A stretch of DNA of 63,181 nucleotides, the filler included, from Folioceros fuciformis (lineage: Eukaryota): NCBI GenBank assembly GCA_049999805.1. It is 6 parts of 6 records of this genome, joined end to end, with 100 filler letters (N's around TTAATTAATTAA, not from the genome) between each part and the next. Parts side by side here need not be neighbours in the genome. Positions count along the whole stretch, not along the records: positions 16,416 to 26,784 come from JBNGIO010005377.1; positions 26,885 to 41,350 come from JBNGIO010005378.1; 4 more parts are not named here. The stretch is one strand, 5' to 3'. Below, in pieces: positions 21,146 to 33,357 of the stretch. Both the position numbers and the translations under genes were made by a program. The notes below the pieces were generated by a model. That model was given only the letters and a program-made list of their open reading frames with translations, was not told where the DNA came from and did no database searches. The stretch's first letter is position 1. Each line of letters opens with the position of its first letter.

Positions 21146-24100
21146 ATGGAGGCAAGAGGTCGGAGAGTAGGTGGTGTTTTCCCGGGGTACAATGGACCGG
21201 CCCTTCCCCGGGCAATGCGATCCGCTCGTGTACGCCCATTCATACCATTCGTTAATTTTTTCTTTTCTGCGATCCTCCTTTCTTAGCGGTTGTGCGTCTG
21301 TGGTTATATATATAAAAACAAAACAGCAGGTAATGCATTGCCTTCGCTTACGTGGTTGAGCCTCGCCGATTTTTCAACGCCTGTCCTTTGCTCCGCTTGT
21401 GCTGTTTATGTTCACACTTTTGTGTGGTATGTTGTGCTTCTAGGGTCGTGGAGAGGCTGGTCGACAGACATCAGACGTAAGCGGACGAGCTGGCTTTTTT
21501 GAACTGCTCGCAACTGTCGCAGGGCAATTTCTGCAGGATGCAAGTGTTGGCCAAGAGCACGAAAGTGACAAGCTTAAGCAGAAATGCTCGCAGGTCGCAG
21601 ACAGTGTGCAGATCACATCTAACCAGAACCGTCAAAATGGAAACACTCCCTGCTTGGGACCGTGTCATTCAGGGTCAGAGGACAAGGAACCGTGGAAGCA
21701 TAATGTTGCACTTTCTAAGCAGAACAGCGTCTCTGGAGGGGCGCCTTTTGCTGCAAACTCATGTGACAGTAGCGTCGCTGTCCAGCAGAACACTGCGGCT
21801 GTGAAAGAAGATCAATTGGTTGAAAGTGGTGCGAGTCCTGTCAGCAATATCAGTTGTGAGGTCGTATCCTCTGAAGCTGTGGATCCCGTGGAAGGTGGTG
21901 CAGTGAAATCCTCCCAACCTCTTGGAGGGTCCAGCTATGACGGAAAGGTTATGAACGCTGATTGCCACTCCGGGACGGCCTTTGCTCCTCGAAAGATTGA
22001 CAACATTGAGAACCTGAAAAATGGGGAGGATCTTGTAGCGCAGGCTGAAACGCCTGGCTTGTCTAAAACCAGTGAGATGCCGCACAAGCAGGCTATGGAT
22101 GGAAATGACCGTTGCTTGTTTAATATGCTTTGGGAGGAAAGTCATTCGTGTGATATAGCTAGTGATGCACAGGACCACATTCAAAGCCTGTCAAAGGATT
22201 CCAGGGGGCCGAATTCTGATTCCTGTGATGGAACAGCAGTTGTCAAGGAAGAAACAGTAGAGCAGGTTTCCTGTAGGCAAACCCCTGTACAGCAATCATT
22301 GGATCTAGTGAAGGACCAAGGTGATGCGAGTATAGATGTAAATATGGATGCTAGGATGGATCTTGAGGATTATGTGGAGTCGAATCGACATGTGTGCATA
22401 GCAGAGAAGAAATTGGGCAATACCACGTGTGAGAGTGAGGATTTGAAACCAGTGGTAGATGCTGGCAACTCTTTGTCCGTCAATGTAAGTAGCATTGAAG
22501 AGGCAGTGGGTTCCGAGGAAGCAGAGCAGGGCGGTACACAGAGTAAGTACACTATGCAGGAAGATCCTGGAGGAATACGCCCTGTGGATCATCTTGCGGA
22601 AAAGAAGGTCTGCAGGGGCTTACGGCGAAAGACATCTGATTCGCTAAGAGATGCAAATACGAAGGATTCTTATGCCAAGAGTTTAAAAGCAAGGAAATTG
22701 GCAAAGGTTGCCAGACATACTCGTGGCTCAGGGTCCTGTTCAAAACGGAAGCATGCAGAAATGGAACTACAGTCAGATACAGGTAACAATTTGAGAACCT
22801 TTTTCAGTCGTCTTAAGTTCTTGTGTTGTTTGCCATTTGATTTCTTTTGCCTCTGCCTGCATATCCCACACTAGGTGTCCTTCACCGCACTAATCCTTCA
22901 CCACACTAATTGAAGGATTCTTCAATCGCACTGTTGTGCAACTTTTCTTGTTTATTTGCGGTGAGAGCTGCACGGACATTGATAGGTCTGTATTTTGGAC
23001 TTCCAGACGTGGTTCATGGCAAGAGGGGTTTCTTTGGAGATATTGCTTTCACCCGACAACGTACATCCAGATCCTTTTCAGCTAAAAGGAAGAAGATGGA
23101 GGAGGGAACTGACAATCTTCCCCCTAACCTGGAGCTCAACGGTAAACCTCTGACAGTGGAATGCGCTGACGGTGAGCCACCTGCTGCTTCGGCCAGATTG
23201 CGCAGTGGTGGGGCCTTGTCACCTGTCTGTTGTTCCCTTCAATCGTTCACTGACTTCAAGCTGCTGTTTGACACTTTTGAGTGGGTTCTGTAGCCAAAGC
23301 AGCAAGTGTGGCATCTTCTCCAACTGCAGGTCCGTCAAAACTGCCATCCAAGAAATCAGCGGAGCCACATGGTGTGTTACGAACATCTTGACCTGCTGCT
23401 TGTGAATCTGGCAGAAAGTGACCAGTTTGAATCTGAAAAGTGGTGCTGCTGATCACCTTCCTGTCTCAGTTGTTTTGTCTTGTTGTGTTGGGGGCCCAAT
23501 TGCCTTCCTAATTGGTTCCTGGTGGACTGCAGTTAAGTTGAGTATCAAGTCCTTCACCGTTCCCGAGTTTTTAGTCGATCTGCCAGAATCTGCAACTGTT
23601 GCAAATTTGAAGGTATTGCTAGCTCTGCGTTTGATGTAGCTATATCTGCATTTTTTGACTTTGTGCAATGTTTTGACCTCTGGTGAGGTCCAGCTGCATT
23701 CTCTCCAGTTTTGACCAGGGCACTTTTTGATTGTTGCACAGAGGGCAGTAATGGACGCCGCTATGGAACTTTTAGGTGGGGGTTTAAGGGTGCGTGTGCT
23801 TCTTCAAGGAAAGAAAGTTCCAGATGAAGGTGTCAGTCTGGGGCAGATGGGAATCTCCAGACATGGGAAGCCTGAATCTCTTGGCTTCATGCTGGAACCC
23901 AGTCCAGTCCCCCCATCTCCTACCGCTGCTGAGGATCCTCTCCTGGTGTTGTCCCGGGCTGCTGCTCAGCCATCTCCACGGTATATCAAGTCCCGAAGTT
24001 CATGACAAAGAAAGAGCTAGAGATGCAGATACTTGGGTGTCTTGTGTATACATGAGTTTTTACTCTAGTTAGTTGTGAATGGTATGTTGTCAGCTAGGAC

Positions 24101-25173
24101 TTATCACCAAAGCTTCTCTGGTGGCAAATCAAGGCATGCGGGCTTTTAGGGTTTTCTTGTTAGCGCAACAACTGATTAGTGAGTGCACTTGGTTTTCCAG
24201 GTATCCTGTGTTTACCGTGCCAGGGCTTCCTGTGACGGGAGATGCCGGTCGTGCTGCTTGCAAGAGTAGAGCAAACAAGGGCAGCGGTGTGCTGGAAGCT
24301 GATGGCGCGTTTGGAACGGTGGCGTGTGAGCAACAAATAGTTGGAGATCCGAATGGGCTATCGTTTGCGGTCGAACCTGATGTTTCAACAAATGGCTGCA
24401 ATGCAACAAAATGTAAGTCTATTGCTAGGGAAAGAATGACCCTTGCACCTCAGTGCACTGGTGTTGCTGCTGCGGGAGCCCTAGCTGCAATAAGAGCACA
24501 AGCAGATGGCCGCCAATGAGCTAAGTCAGAACCAGTGTCTGATGCAGCTCTGCCACAAGATCCATCGGATGATCCGTTGGTTTCAGCTTCTGGAGCCATC
24601 ATTCTCCATCCAAGCATGGGGGGCGAGAATATGCAAGGCATGGCCTTAGTACCAGTCAGGCAAAAACTGCGTGCCATTGATACCAGTAAAAGGAGGATAC
24701 GGAGACCCTTCAGTGTAGCAGAAGTTGAAGCCCTGGTGCATGCAGTTGAAAAACTGGGAACCGGCAGGTGGGAATGTACTAGTTAGTCCATGCTGAGTGT
24801 ATCATTGCAGCACATGTCTGAGCTCCTGATGCTTTGAAATTTGTTTCTGCGCAGGTGGCGAGATGTAAAGTTGCGTGCCTTTGATCAGGCCAAGCATCGG
24901 ACGTATGTGGATTTAAAGGTAGTGGGCTGTGAGTCTCTGTGATAGTTGCTGCTTACCATATAGACTAGCACATTTTGTCGCTTGCTGATAGTAATGTCAC
25001 TCACTTATTTTTGGCAACAGGACAAATGGAAAACTCTTGTTCATACAGCTCGGATCGCTCCTCACCAACGCAGGGGGGAGCCTGTTCCACAGGAGTTGCT
25101 GGAGCGTGTCACCCGAGCACACACCTATTGGGCAGCACAGCAAGCAAAGCAGCAAGCTGACCTTGATTTCTAA
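21146..25173 (+). CDS. Telomere repeat-binding protein of the TRP/TRFL family (multi-exon; ubiquitin-like domain plus C-terminal telobox Myb)
   Basis: Exon 1 (21146-21229) ends PRAMRSAR and exon 2 (21444-22782) contains FFELLATVAG. Later exons give VKLSIKSFTVPE..ATVANLK, GGGLRVRVLLQGKKV, RRIRRPFSVAEVEALVHAVEKLGTGRW, RDVKLRAF..HRTYVDLK and DKWKTLVHTARIAPHQRRGEPVPQELL. Middle exon boundaries are approximate. Confidence 0.92.
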
Positions 25174-26884
25174 AGGTCAACGCAAAGCACAAGTTCTCCT
25201 CATGCCATACTGCTGAGAGTGCGAGGTCTCTTGGGTCTCTGTACAGTTATTTCTTGAGTGACTAGTTAGCTCCTTTGCCTTGGAATTCTTGGGGTATGGG
25301 CATGTACCATGCATTATTTATGCTTATTCATATAGTTAGCGTCCAGGTAGGGAATCGATGAGACCTGCTGATACTAACCACAACCTGACTTTTGCCCGGT
25401 ATGTGGCACTGGTAAGTTACCCGATTACAACACGAAGCTGTGGGTCCATAGCGTTGGGTCGGGTACATTCTCTCGCCCTTCATCTTCTGTTGGAGTTAAC
25501 ATACGGTGAAGTCATGTCAGCATGGTACTCTCTCGCATGAGAGGTTAGCACAGGACAGGGACTAGGAATCTGCCGACAATACCAGTGCAGGGCTTGCTAT
25601 CGTGTTTCTTGTGAATCACAGGAGACCGCGAGTTTCTAGCAACTTGCGCATTATACAAATTATGTACAGGGGTAACTTACCCCAGGATCTTGTGAATTAC
25701 TGATATTACGATAGAAAGCGGTCGGTCCATGTTCTCAATATCAGACGTTTCACCCATGTACCACCTCTCGTCCCATGGGAAATGCCAAGAGTCCTGACGT
25801 GGGGTCCTGTTGAGTTGCAGAAGCCCACCTGGGTCGTGCTCTGCGCTCTTCGAGCCAATGCCATTCCTGCCTGGGAGATGCAGGGAGGAAGTCTCGATGT
25901 GACAACCAGTGACGGGCAAAAAAACCAACCGGTAGAAGTAATGAAGCTAGCATGAGCACCTAAAGTGCTTTGAGAGAGATTTCGTGGAGAAGCCCAAGTG
26001 GAGAGAGAGCTAAGGCTCCAAGCTGAGAAGAGGATGGGAGTTATCTCTAACCTCTTGTGTGTGTGTGCTTGTTGTCCCGCGGATGAAAAATTGAAGAGCA
26101 ACAGCAGCTAGAAGGGCTATATTGCTCTTCATTACTCATCCACGAGACAATAAGCACACATAACAGGTTTATGAGAGGAGGCTAAGCTAGGAGGCTACCT
26201 TTCTCTCCACTTGGCCTTCTCCAATAAAGCAATCTCAAAGCACACACTTGGTGCTCAGAATCGAAGCTCTCAAAGCATAAATGTTTTTTTGTCCAAGGCT
26301 AGGCCCCCTTTTATACTAAGGCCATGCTCCTCATACAAACTCTCCATGCATATTTTGCATGCACGCTCTTTATGCGTGTCTTTCATGCAAGCTTTCCATG
26401 CATGCTTCTCATGCAAGCTTTGCTATGATGGGAGAACTTAGTAGTAAATGCATAATTAGTGCACCACACTTTTGTAATGTTATTAGCATATATGCTTATC
26501 TATATGGGTAAGGTGAATTATGTAAACAGTAGAATATGATTTAATTATAGCTACTTAGGTCAAAAGTATTTGATCTTTTCTACCACCATGAAATGATTAA
26601 GAATATGAAGATAATGTATATTACCTTTTGCAAGTTGGATCACAAAGTTTGTTTGACAAGCTTGCTTTGATGCTTACATATGGGCGAAGAGAGGGTAAGA
26701 TTTTACATTTTAATTTTCCGTAGTTAATAATAAAATTATTATCTATCACTTTTATCATGTAAAATTATTCAATACATTTAATATNNNNNNNNNNNNNNNN
26801 NNNNNNNNNNNNNNNNNNNNNNNNNNNNTTAATTAATTAANNNNNNNNNNNNNNNNNNNNNNNNNNNNNNNNNNNNNNNNNNNN

Positions 26885-27900
26885 CGACTGGATTCCGGGA
26901 CCAGGCAGCTGCTCTCCGATTATGTACGTGCCGCGATGGTACTCCTGCAGTTCGTGAAGCTGTCCCGCGCGGAGGTCATGCAGATTCTTCGGGAGAACAG
27001 CCAGGGCTGGCGTGCCGTGGTTGAGACCATGTAGCGGGACATGGTCACCCCGTTGCAGGTGAAGGTAGGAGACGCCGGCAAGAAGAAATACAAGTGGAAG
27101 GGCAGTACCGGGCCGTAGAGGAGAGGATTTCCGAGATGGAGAAGGCGGTGGTGGACGTCCGGGCGTCTGCCAAGAGGCGAGAGGAGGAGATGAGGGCATA
27201 GATGCGAGCCGAGGTAGGGCGGAAGGTGGAGGAGGCAGTTGCTAGGGTCATGACGGAGGTGGAGAGTTGCCGAGGCATGGTGCGTCTGATCGTGGTGGAG
27301 GCGGAGATCAACCAGCGCTGTATTCGGACGTTGGAGGAGAAGGTGTAGGGAAAGGTTTCGGAGGATCTTGCGTACCTGACCGAAATGGTGGAGGACCTGG
27401 TGCAGGAGGCGGCGAAGAAGCCTCATCCAGATCCCACCCGGGTCTTGGATTCCTGCAAGCACGAGCTAGAGGCTCTGGAGCAGCGCATGAAGCTCTCGCT
27501 CCGCGGCTTGCGGGAGAGAACGGACGCCTTGGACGCCGAGCGCAGGCAGCTGAAGGACGTCGTGGTCTTGAAGGTGAAGGAGGCCGGGGATCTCTTGGCC
27601 TCGTGCTTGCTTGAGAAGGATCAGGCGGTGGCATCTGCTTCCGAAGAGCTCGGCGTGCTGAGGACCACGGTGGATAGCCTTGCTGCCAAGCAAATCAAGG
27701 ATATCTAGAGCTGTCGTGCCGACTTGCGCCAGATTCAAGGAAGTGTGGAGGATGCCAAGAAGAACATTGGATTGATGGCCAAGCTTCTCACCAAGAATGT
27801 GGAAACCGTGCACAATGGTAGAGTTGAGGACGGAGGAGTTGAGGACCAAGGCAGAAGGATGCCCATGGTAGTGCTCCATCACTGATTCCGAGAACGAGCC
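26885..27900 (+). pseudogene. Degenerate GC-rich coiled-coil ORF, probably TE-derived
   Basis: Long E/K/R/A/V-rich reading frame interrupted by several TAG stops and frameshifts. No recognisable family. Confidence 0.4.
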
Positions 27901-28902
27901 TTCCGTCTACTAGCCTGCGCAGAGTGGGATTGCACAAGTGGCTCTAGTTCCGGCTCCAACTTCGCCTGGGAAGGGGCCAGCTTTTCTGATGTCTTTCTAT
28001 TCATCATCATAGAAATTCCGTTTGTGGCGTTATAATTGTTCGGGGTGGGGACAATTTTCAGGGACATCATGTGGCTGCATGGCTTACTTCCACGTCCCGG
28101 GCCATGGTGCATCCTCCGAAAACAGAGGGCTGTGACCTAATTAAAATGAAATGATACATGTCGGTGCCCCAGTCATTTCATTTTCTTCTGATTGCGAGCA
28201 CGACATGAAGGAAAGTTCGACCGTCGTGTGAGGTTAACTGAGCTAGGAGGACAACAAGACTGCTAAGAACTCGTTTCACATTGCTCTACTTCAAGTAGAA
28301 CCGAAACCCCGGAAACAGACCTAACGAAGGGCGCGAAACGTGAATTCAGTTAACCAGAACGTGCTGACAGGATACGGTACAAAGCCCGGGGAAATGTTGA
28401 AGCCTCATGGAAGAGGGAGCTGATCTCAAAATCTCAAGAATTGTCTTCCTAGATGAGGTGAATGTGAGTCATCTTGCAGCCTTCTACAGGCGCGGAATTG
28501 GAAATTTGTGCTGCAATCTGTGATTGTGCTTCAGCTTCAGTGTTGGGTTGTTCGCTGATTTCGACACCAGCTTCGCATCAACTTCTCGTAAAGCACATGA
28601 CAATCTGAGGAACGGTTGGATAGGAAAGCTTGATTCCGAGAAGCCCCTTACTGGAGGAGGAGGAATCCCAGCGAAGCGTGACACCTGAGAGCCAGATATG
28701 CAGTTCGGTACAGCGAGCGTCTGGCTTGAAAGGGATCTTCCAGCAGCGAAGGTCTGCCTCCTCGGGCAGCAGCGCCGGTGGGGACATCTTTGGACATTTA
28801 TGTGGGATTGCAGGCAGTGTAAGGAGAGGGCCTGTTCGCATGACTTCCCAAGTAGAAAGACCCATCAGGTCTTGCACTGTGGCAATGCGGCAGAGAGAGT
28901 AG

Positions 28903-31900
28903 ATGCACGGCTGGCTGCTTCGGGCACGGAGAGGGCTCATGGTGCCCTCACATGGCACTGGAGTGTGCCGGATGAGAGTGACCCTAGTCTCGGAGGAAGG
29001 GGTGAGCGAGCTGTGTCGGCAGGGGCATCTCGATGAGGCCGTTGAGTCTCTGGCAGTTTTGGTACGCACGGACCCACATGTCCATTTCTTGAAAAATCTC
29101 TTCTACGCGGTGCTAAAAGGATGCGTTGCTAAGAAGGATCTGCCTCTGGGGCGCCGTGTACATGCTCTCACTGTGAAGGCAGGGTTTGAGTTGGATACAT
29201 TCTTGTGCAATCATGTCCTGCGAATGTATGCTTCTCATGCCATGTTGCAGGAGGCTGTGGATGTTTTTACTGTGGTTGTCAAACCAGATGCCTTTACATG
29301 GTCCGCCATAATTTCTGCGCATACTAACCATGGACAAGATAAGCAGGCTATAGAACTTTACCATGCTATGCGAAGGTCGAGTGTGATGCCAGATGGCCAT
29401 GTTTTCGTAGCAGCGATCCAGGCCTGTGCACGGGGAGTTGACTTGAAATCTGGGCAACAGGTGCATGCTGACGTGTTGGCTAGTGGCATTGAGCCCAACT
29501 TGTTTGTTTGGAATAGTTTGGTGGACATGTATGCAAAGTGTGGCAATTTGCAGGACGCGCGGGAATTGTTCGATGGGCTTGGGAAGAAAGATGTGGTGAC
29601 ATGGAGTGCCATGATAGCTGGATATGCACAGCAGGACAAGGGGCAAGAAGCCCTTCATCTTTACAGGGCTATGAAAGTAGAAAGCGTGGTGGCACCCAAT
29701 TGCGTGACATTCTTGTGCCTCTTGCAGGCGTGTGCAAGTGTTGGCGTCCAGGCTTTGGAAATGGGAAAGCGGCTTCATGCTCATATTAGAGAAGAAGGAC
29801 TTCAGGGTGATGTGGTTTTAACTGGGAGCCTGGTAAACATGTACGCAAAGTGTGGCAGCCTTGGGGATGCTCGGACAGTGTTTGATGGACTTGATAAAAA
29901 AGACGTGGTGACATGGAGTGCCATGATAGCAGGATATTCCCAACAGAGCATGGGGCAGGAAGCCCTCCGCCTCTATCAGGATATGCAAGATGAAGGTATG
30001 GCTGCACCCAATTCTGTGACATACGTTTCCCTTCTCCAGGCATGTGCAAGTGTGGGTACCTCGGCTCTGGAGAAGGGAAAGCAGCTTCATGGACAAATCA
30101 AAGAACGGAGGCTTCAGGATGTTGTGTTGGTAGCCAACGGCTTGGTACACATGTATGCAAAGTGCGGCAGCCTCGTGGATGCACAGTGTGTGTTTGACGG
30201 ACTTGGTGAAAAAACTGTTGTGACGTGGAGTGCCATGATAGCAGGATATTCCCAGCATGGCATGGGGCAGGAAGCTCTGCATCTTTATAGCTTGATGCAG
30301 GAGGAGGGCATCAGTGCACCCAATTCTATGACATTTGTGTGTCTCCTGCAGGCATGTGCAGGTCTGGGATCCTTGGGTTTGGAGATGGGCAGGCATCTGC
30401 ATGCACAGATCACAGAAGGAGGATTTCAGGCAGACATCTTTGTCGCCAATAGCTTAATAAACATGTATGGGAAATGTGGCAGGCTTGAGGATGCCCGGGG
30501 GGTGTTTGACAGACTTGTTCAGAAAGACGTAGTGACCTGGAATGCCATGATAGCAGGATATTCCCAGCAGGGCATGGCGCAAGAAGCCCTCCAACTGTAC
30601 ACGGCTATGCAACATGAAGGCATTGTTGGACTTGACTCTGTATCATTTGTGTGCCTCCTGCAGGCATGTGCAAGTGCCGGTACTCTGGGGTTGGAGAAGG
30701 GAAAGCAGCTTCATGCTCAGATTAGAGAATGCGGCCTTCTGGCTGATGTTGTAGGCGGAAGCCTTGTGAACATGTATGCAAAGTGTGGCAGCCTTGAGGA
30801 TGCTAGGGCACTGTTTGATCAGCTTGCTCAGAAACATGTGGTGACCTGGAATACCATGATTGCAGGATATTCCCAGCGGGGCATGGGGCAAGAAGCCCTA
30901 TGTCTTTTCAGGCGTATGGGTGAAGACAGGGATGTCACACCCGATTCAGTGACATTTGTGTCACTTCTGCAGGCATGTGCCAGTGTGGGCTCTGAAGCTT
31001 TGGAGAAGGGGAGGCACATTCATGCTCAAATTAGGGGACAAGGACTGGAATCTGACATGTTTGTTGCTAGCAGTTTGATAAACATGTATACAAAGTGTGG
31101 CAGCCTGGAGGATGCTCAAAGAGTGTTTGACAGACTAGATGAAAAAAATGCGGTGACGTGGAGTGCCTTGATAGCAGGATATTGCCAGTTCGGCATGGGG
31201 CAGGAAGCATTTCGGCTTTACTATGCGATGCAAGAAGAAGGCATGGATGAACTTGATGCCGTTGTGTTCACATGCCTTCTGCAAGCATGTGCGAGCAGTA
31301 ACACCCCATCTCTGGAGAGGGTTGCACAGCTTCATGTACAAATTAGAGAAAAAGGGCTTCAGTCTGATGTATTTTTGGCTAACAGCTTAATTAACATGTA
31401 TGCAAAGTGTGGCAGCCTAGAGAACGCTCAGGGTGTGTTTGATGGGCTTGGTCAAAGGAGTATCGAGACGTGGAATGCCATAATAGCAGGGTATTCGCAA
31501 CAGGGCCTGGCACTAGAAGCCCTTTGGCTTTACAATGCTATGCAAGAAGAATACAAGGTTGGCCCCAATTCCGTCACATTTGTGCGTCTCCTGCAGGCTT
31601 GTGCAATGGTGGGCAACTCGGCTTTAGGAATAGGGAAGCAGCTTCATGCACAGAGTAGACAGCGTGGACTCCACGCCGATGTGTTCGTGGCGAGTACTTT
31701 GATAAGCATGTATGCAAAGTGCGGCAGCCTCCAAGATGCTCGGGCCGTGTTTGATGGTCTTGTTCAGAAAAACCTGGTGACGTGGAGTGCCATGATAGGT
31801 GCATACTCCCAGCATGGCATGGGGCAGACGGCCCTTGATCTATACAGGGCCATGGAAGGAGGAGGAGTGGCTGCACTCGATGCTGTGACGTTTCTGTCCC

Positions 31901-33357
31901 TCCTGCAGGCATGTGCGACTGTTGGGATGTCAGCTTTAGAGATGGGGATGCAGCTGCATGCACGTATTAGAGAACAAGGCCTTCATGCTGATGTGTTTGT
32001 AGCCAACAGCTTGGTACACATGTACGCAAAGTGTGGGAGCCTTGAGCATGCTAAAAGTGTGTTTCACAGTCTGGTTCAAAAGGATGTGGTAACATGGACT
32101 GCCATGATAGCGGGATGTTCCCAGCAGGGTCTGTTGCAGGAAGCCCTTCATCTCTATTGGTTGATGCAAGAAGAAGGTACAGTTACACCCAGCTCAATGA
32201 CTTTTGTGTCCCTGCTGCAAGCATGTGCACGTGTAGGAACCCCAGCATTGGGGATCGGACGGCAGCTTCATTCACAAATTAGAGAACGAGGGCTTCATGC
32301 TGATGTGTTTGTAGCCAGCAGTTTGGTAGACATGTATGCTAAATGTGGAAGCTTAAAGGATGCTCGGGACGTATTTGACAGGCTTGGTGAAAAGAATGTG
32401 GTGACGTGGAGTGCCATGATAGCAGGATATTCCCAGCAGGGCAGGGGCCAGGACGCCCTCGACCTCTACAGGGCTATGCAACGAGAACGTCTCTCTGCAC
32501 CAAATTCCGCGACATTTCTGGGCCTCCTCCACGCATGTGCCAGTGTGGCAGCGTTGCATCTGGGAAGGCAGCTTCATGCTGAGATCAGAGAGCAAGAGCT
32601 TCAAAACGATATGCTCGTAGCTGGCAGTTTGATAAACATGTATGGCAAGTGCGGTAGCATGGTTGATGCAGAGCAGGTGTTTGAGGCGTTACCCGAAAGG
32701 GATACTGTCGTTTGGAATGCACTAATCGCAGGATTCAGCCGTCAAGGAGAGAGTTCTTTGGTGTTCGACTTGGTGCACAGAATGACAGAGGACGGGCTAA
32801 ACCCAGACGGAGTCACGTTCCTTAGTGTACTATCAGTCTGCAGTCATACGGGACTTGTGAACAAGGGGCGAGAGTACTTTGATGCTATGAGCGGACAGCA
32901 CGGAGTCACTCCCACGGTGGACCACTACACGTGCATGGTGGACCTCCTAGGTCGTGCAGGACACCTGCACGACGCACTGGCCTTGGTGAGATCAATGCCG
33001 GTTCTTCCTACCCCTGCTGTCTGGCACACACTTCTCGGTGCCTGTCGAAAGTGGAGCAACTTTGAGGTGGGACGCCACGCTTTCGACGAAGCAGTGAAGT
33101 TAGACCAGAATGACGCCTCAGCATATGTGTTAATGGCGAACATCTACAGGGGTGTGCATTTGTGGGAGCAGGCGCAAGAGGTCCAGACAAGGAGAGTAAG
33201 AATCGGAGCGAAGAAGTCGCCAGGGCAGAGCTGGTGGACTGACATGGACGGGTCAGTGCACAGCTTTTTAGTCGGGGACAAGAAGCCTCGCTCAACATCC
33301 CGGGGACCACGGAGTCTTCAAATGGGCCGAAACAGGAAGGACCAGCACTTGCAGTGA
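28903..33357 (+). CDS. Very long PLS-class PPR protein (about 12 PLS triplets) ending in E domains and a truncated WW-type PG box
   Basis: Intronless 1484-aa ORF with 12 MYxKCG-type S motifs and E1/E2. KKSPGQSWWTDMDGSVHSFLVGD is followed by about 25 unrelated residues and a stop, with no HxE or CxxC. Confidence 0.95.
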   Translation: MHGWLLRARRGLMVPSHGTGVCRMRVTLVSEEGVSELCRQGHLDEAVESLAVLVRTDPHVHFLKNLFYAVLKGCVAKKDLPLGRRVHALTVKAGFELDTFLCNHVLRMYASHAMLQEAVDVFTVVVKPDAFTWSAIISAHTNHGQDKQAIELYHAMRRSSVMPDGHVFVAAIQACARGVDLKSGQQVHADVLASGIEPNLFVWNSLVDMYAKCGNLQDARELFDGLGKKDVVTWSAMIAGYAQQDKGQEALHLYRAMKVESVVAPNCVTFLCLLQACASVGVQALEMGKRLHAHIREEGLQGDVVLTGSLVNMYAKCGSLGDARTVFDGLDKKDVVTWSAMIAGYSQQSMGQEALRLYQDMQDEGMAAPNSVTYVSLLQACASVGTSALEKGKQLHGQIKERRLQDVVLVANGLVHMYAKCGSLVDAQCVFDGLGEKTVVTWSAMIAGYSQHGMGQEALHLYSLMQEEGISAPNSMTFVCLLQACAGLGSLGLEMGRHLHAQITEGGFQADIFVANSLINMYGKCGRLEDARGVFDRLVQKDVVTWNAMIAGYSQQGMAQEALQLYTAMQHEGIVGLDSVSFVCLLQACASAGTLGLEKGKQLHAQIRECGLLADVVGGSLVNMYAKCGSLEDARALFDQLAQKHVVTWNTMIAGYSQRGMGQEALCLFRRMGEDRDVTPDSVTFVSLLQACASVGSEALEKGRHIHAQIRGQGLESDMFVASSLINMYTKCGSLEDAQRVFDRLDEKNAVTWSALIAGYCQFGMGQEAFRLYYAMQEEGMDELDAVVFTCLLQACASSNTPSLERVAQLHVQIREKGLQSDVFLANSLINMYAKCGSLENAQGVFDGLGQRSIETWNAIIAGYSQQGLALEALWLYNAMQEEYKVGPNSVTFVRLLQACAMVGNSALGIGKQLHAQSRQRGLHADVFVASTLISMYAKCGSLQDARAVFDGLVQKNLVTWSAMIGAYSQHGMGQTALDLYRAMEGGGVAALDAVTFLSLLQACATVGMSALEMGMQLHARIREQGLHADVFVANSLVHMYAKCGSLEHAKSVFHSLVQKDVVTWTAMIAGCSQQGLLQEALHLYWLMQEEGTVTPSSMTFVSLLQACARVGTPALGIGRQLHSQIRERGLHADVFVASSLVDMYAKCGSLKDARDVFDRLGEKNVVTWSAMIAGYSQQGRGQDALDLYRAMQRERLSAPNSATFLGLLHACASVAALHLGRQLHAEIREQELQNDMLVAGSLINMYGKCGSMVDAEQVFEALPERDTVVWNALIAGFSRQGESSLVFDLVHRMTEDGLNPDGVTFLSVLSVCSHTGLVNKGREYFDAMSGQHGVTPTVDHYTCMVDLLGRAGHLHDALALVRSMPVLPTPAVWHTLLGACRKWSNFEVGRHAFDEAVKLDQNDASAYVLMANIYRGVHLWEQAQEVQTRRVRIGAKKSPGQSWWTDMDGSVHSFLVGDKKPRSTSRGPRSLQMGRNRKDQHLQ

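Noticed and set aside
25860-26780. Possible solo LTR or TE remnant (also 41600-42600)
   Set aside because: Composition is suggestive, but I could not define termini, a TSD or coding motifs.
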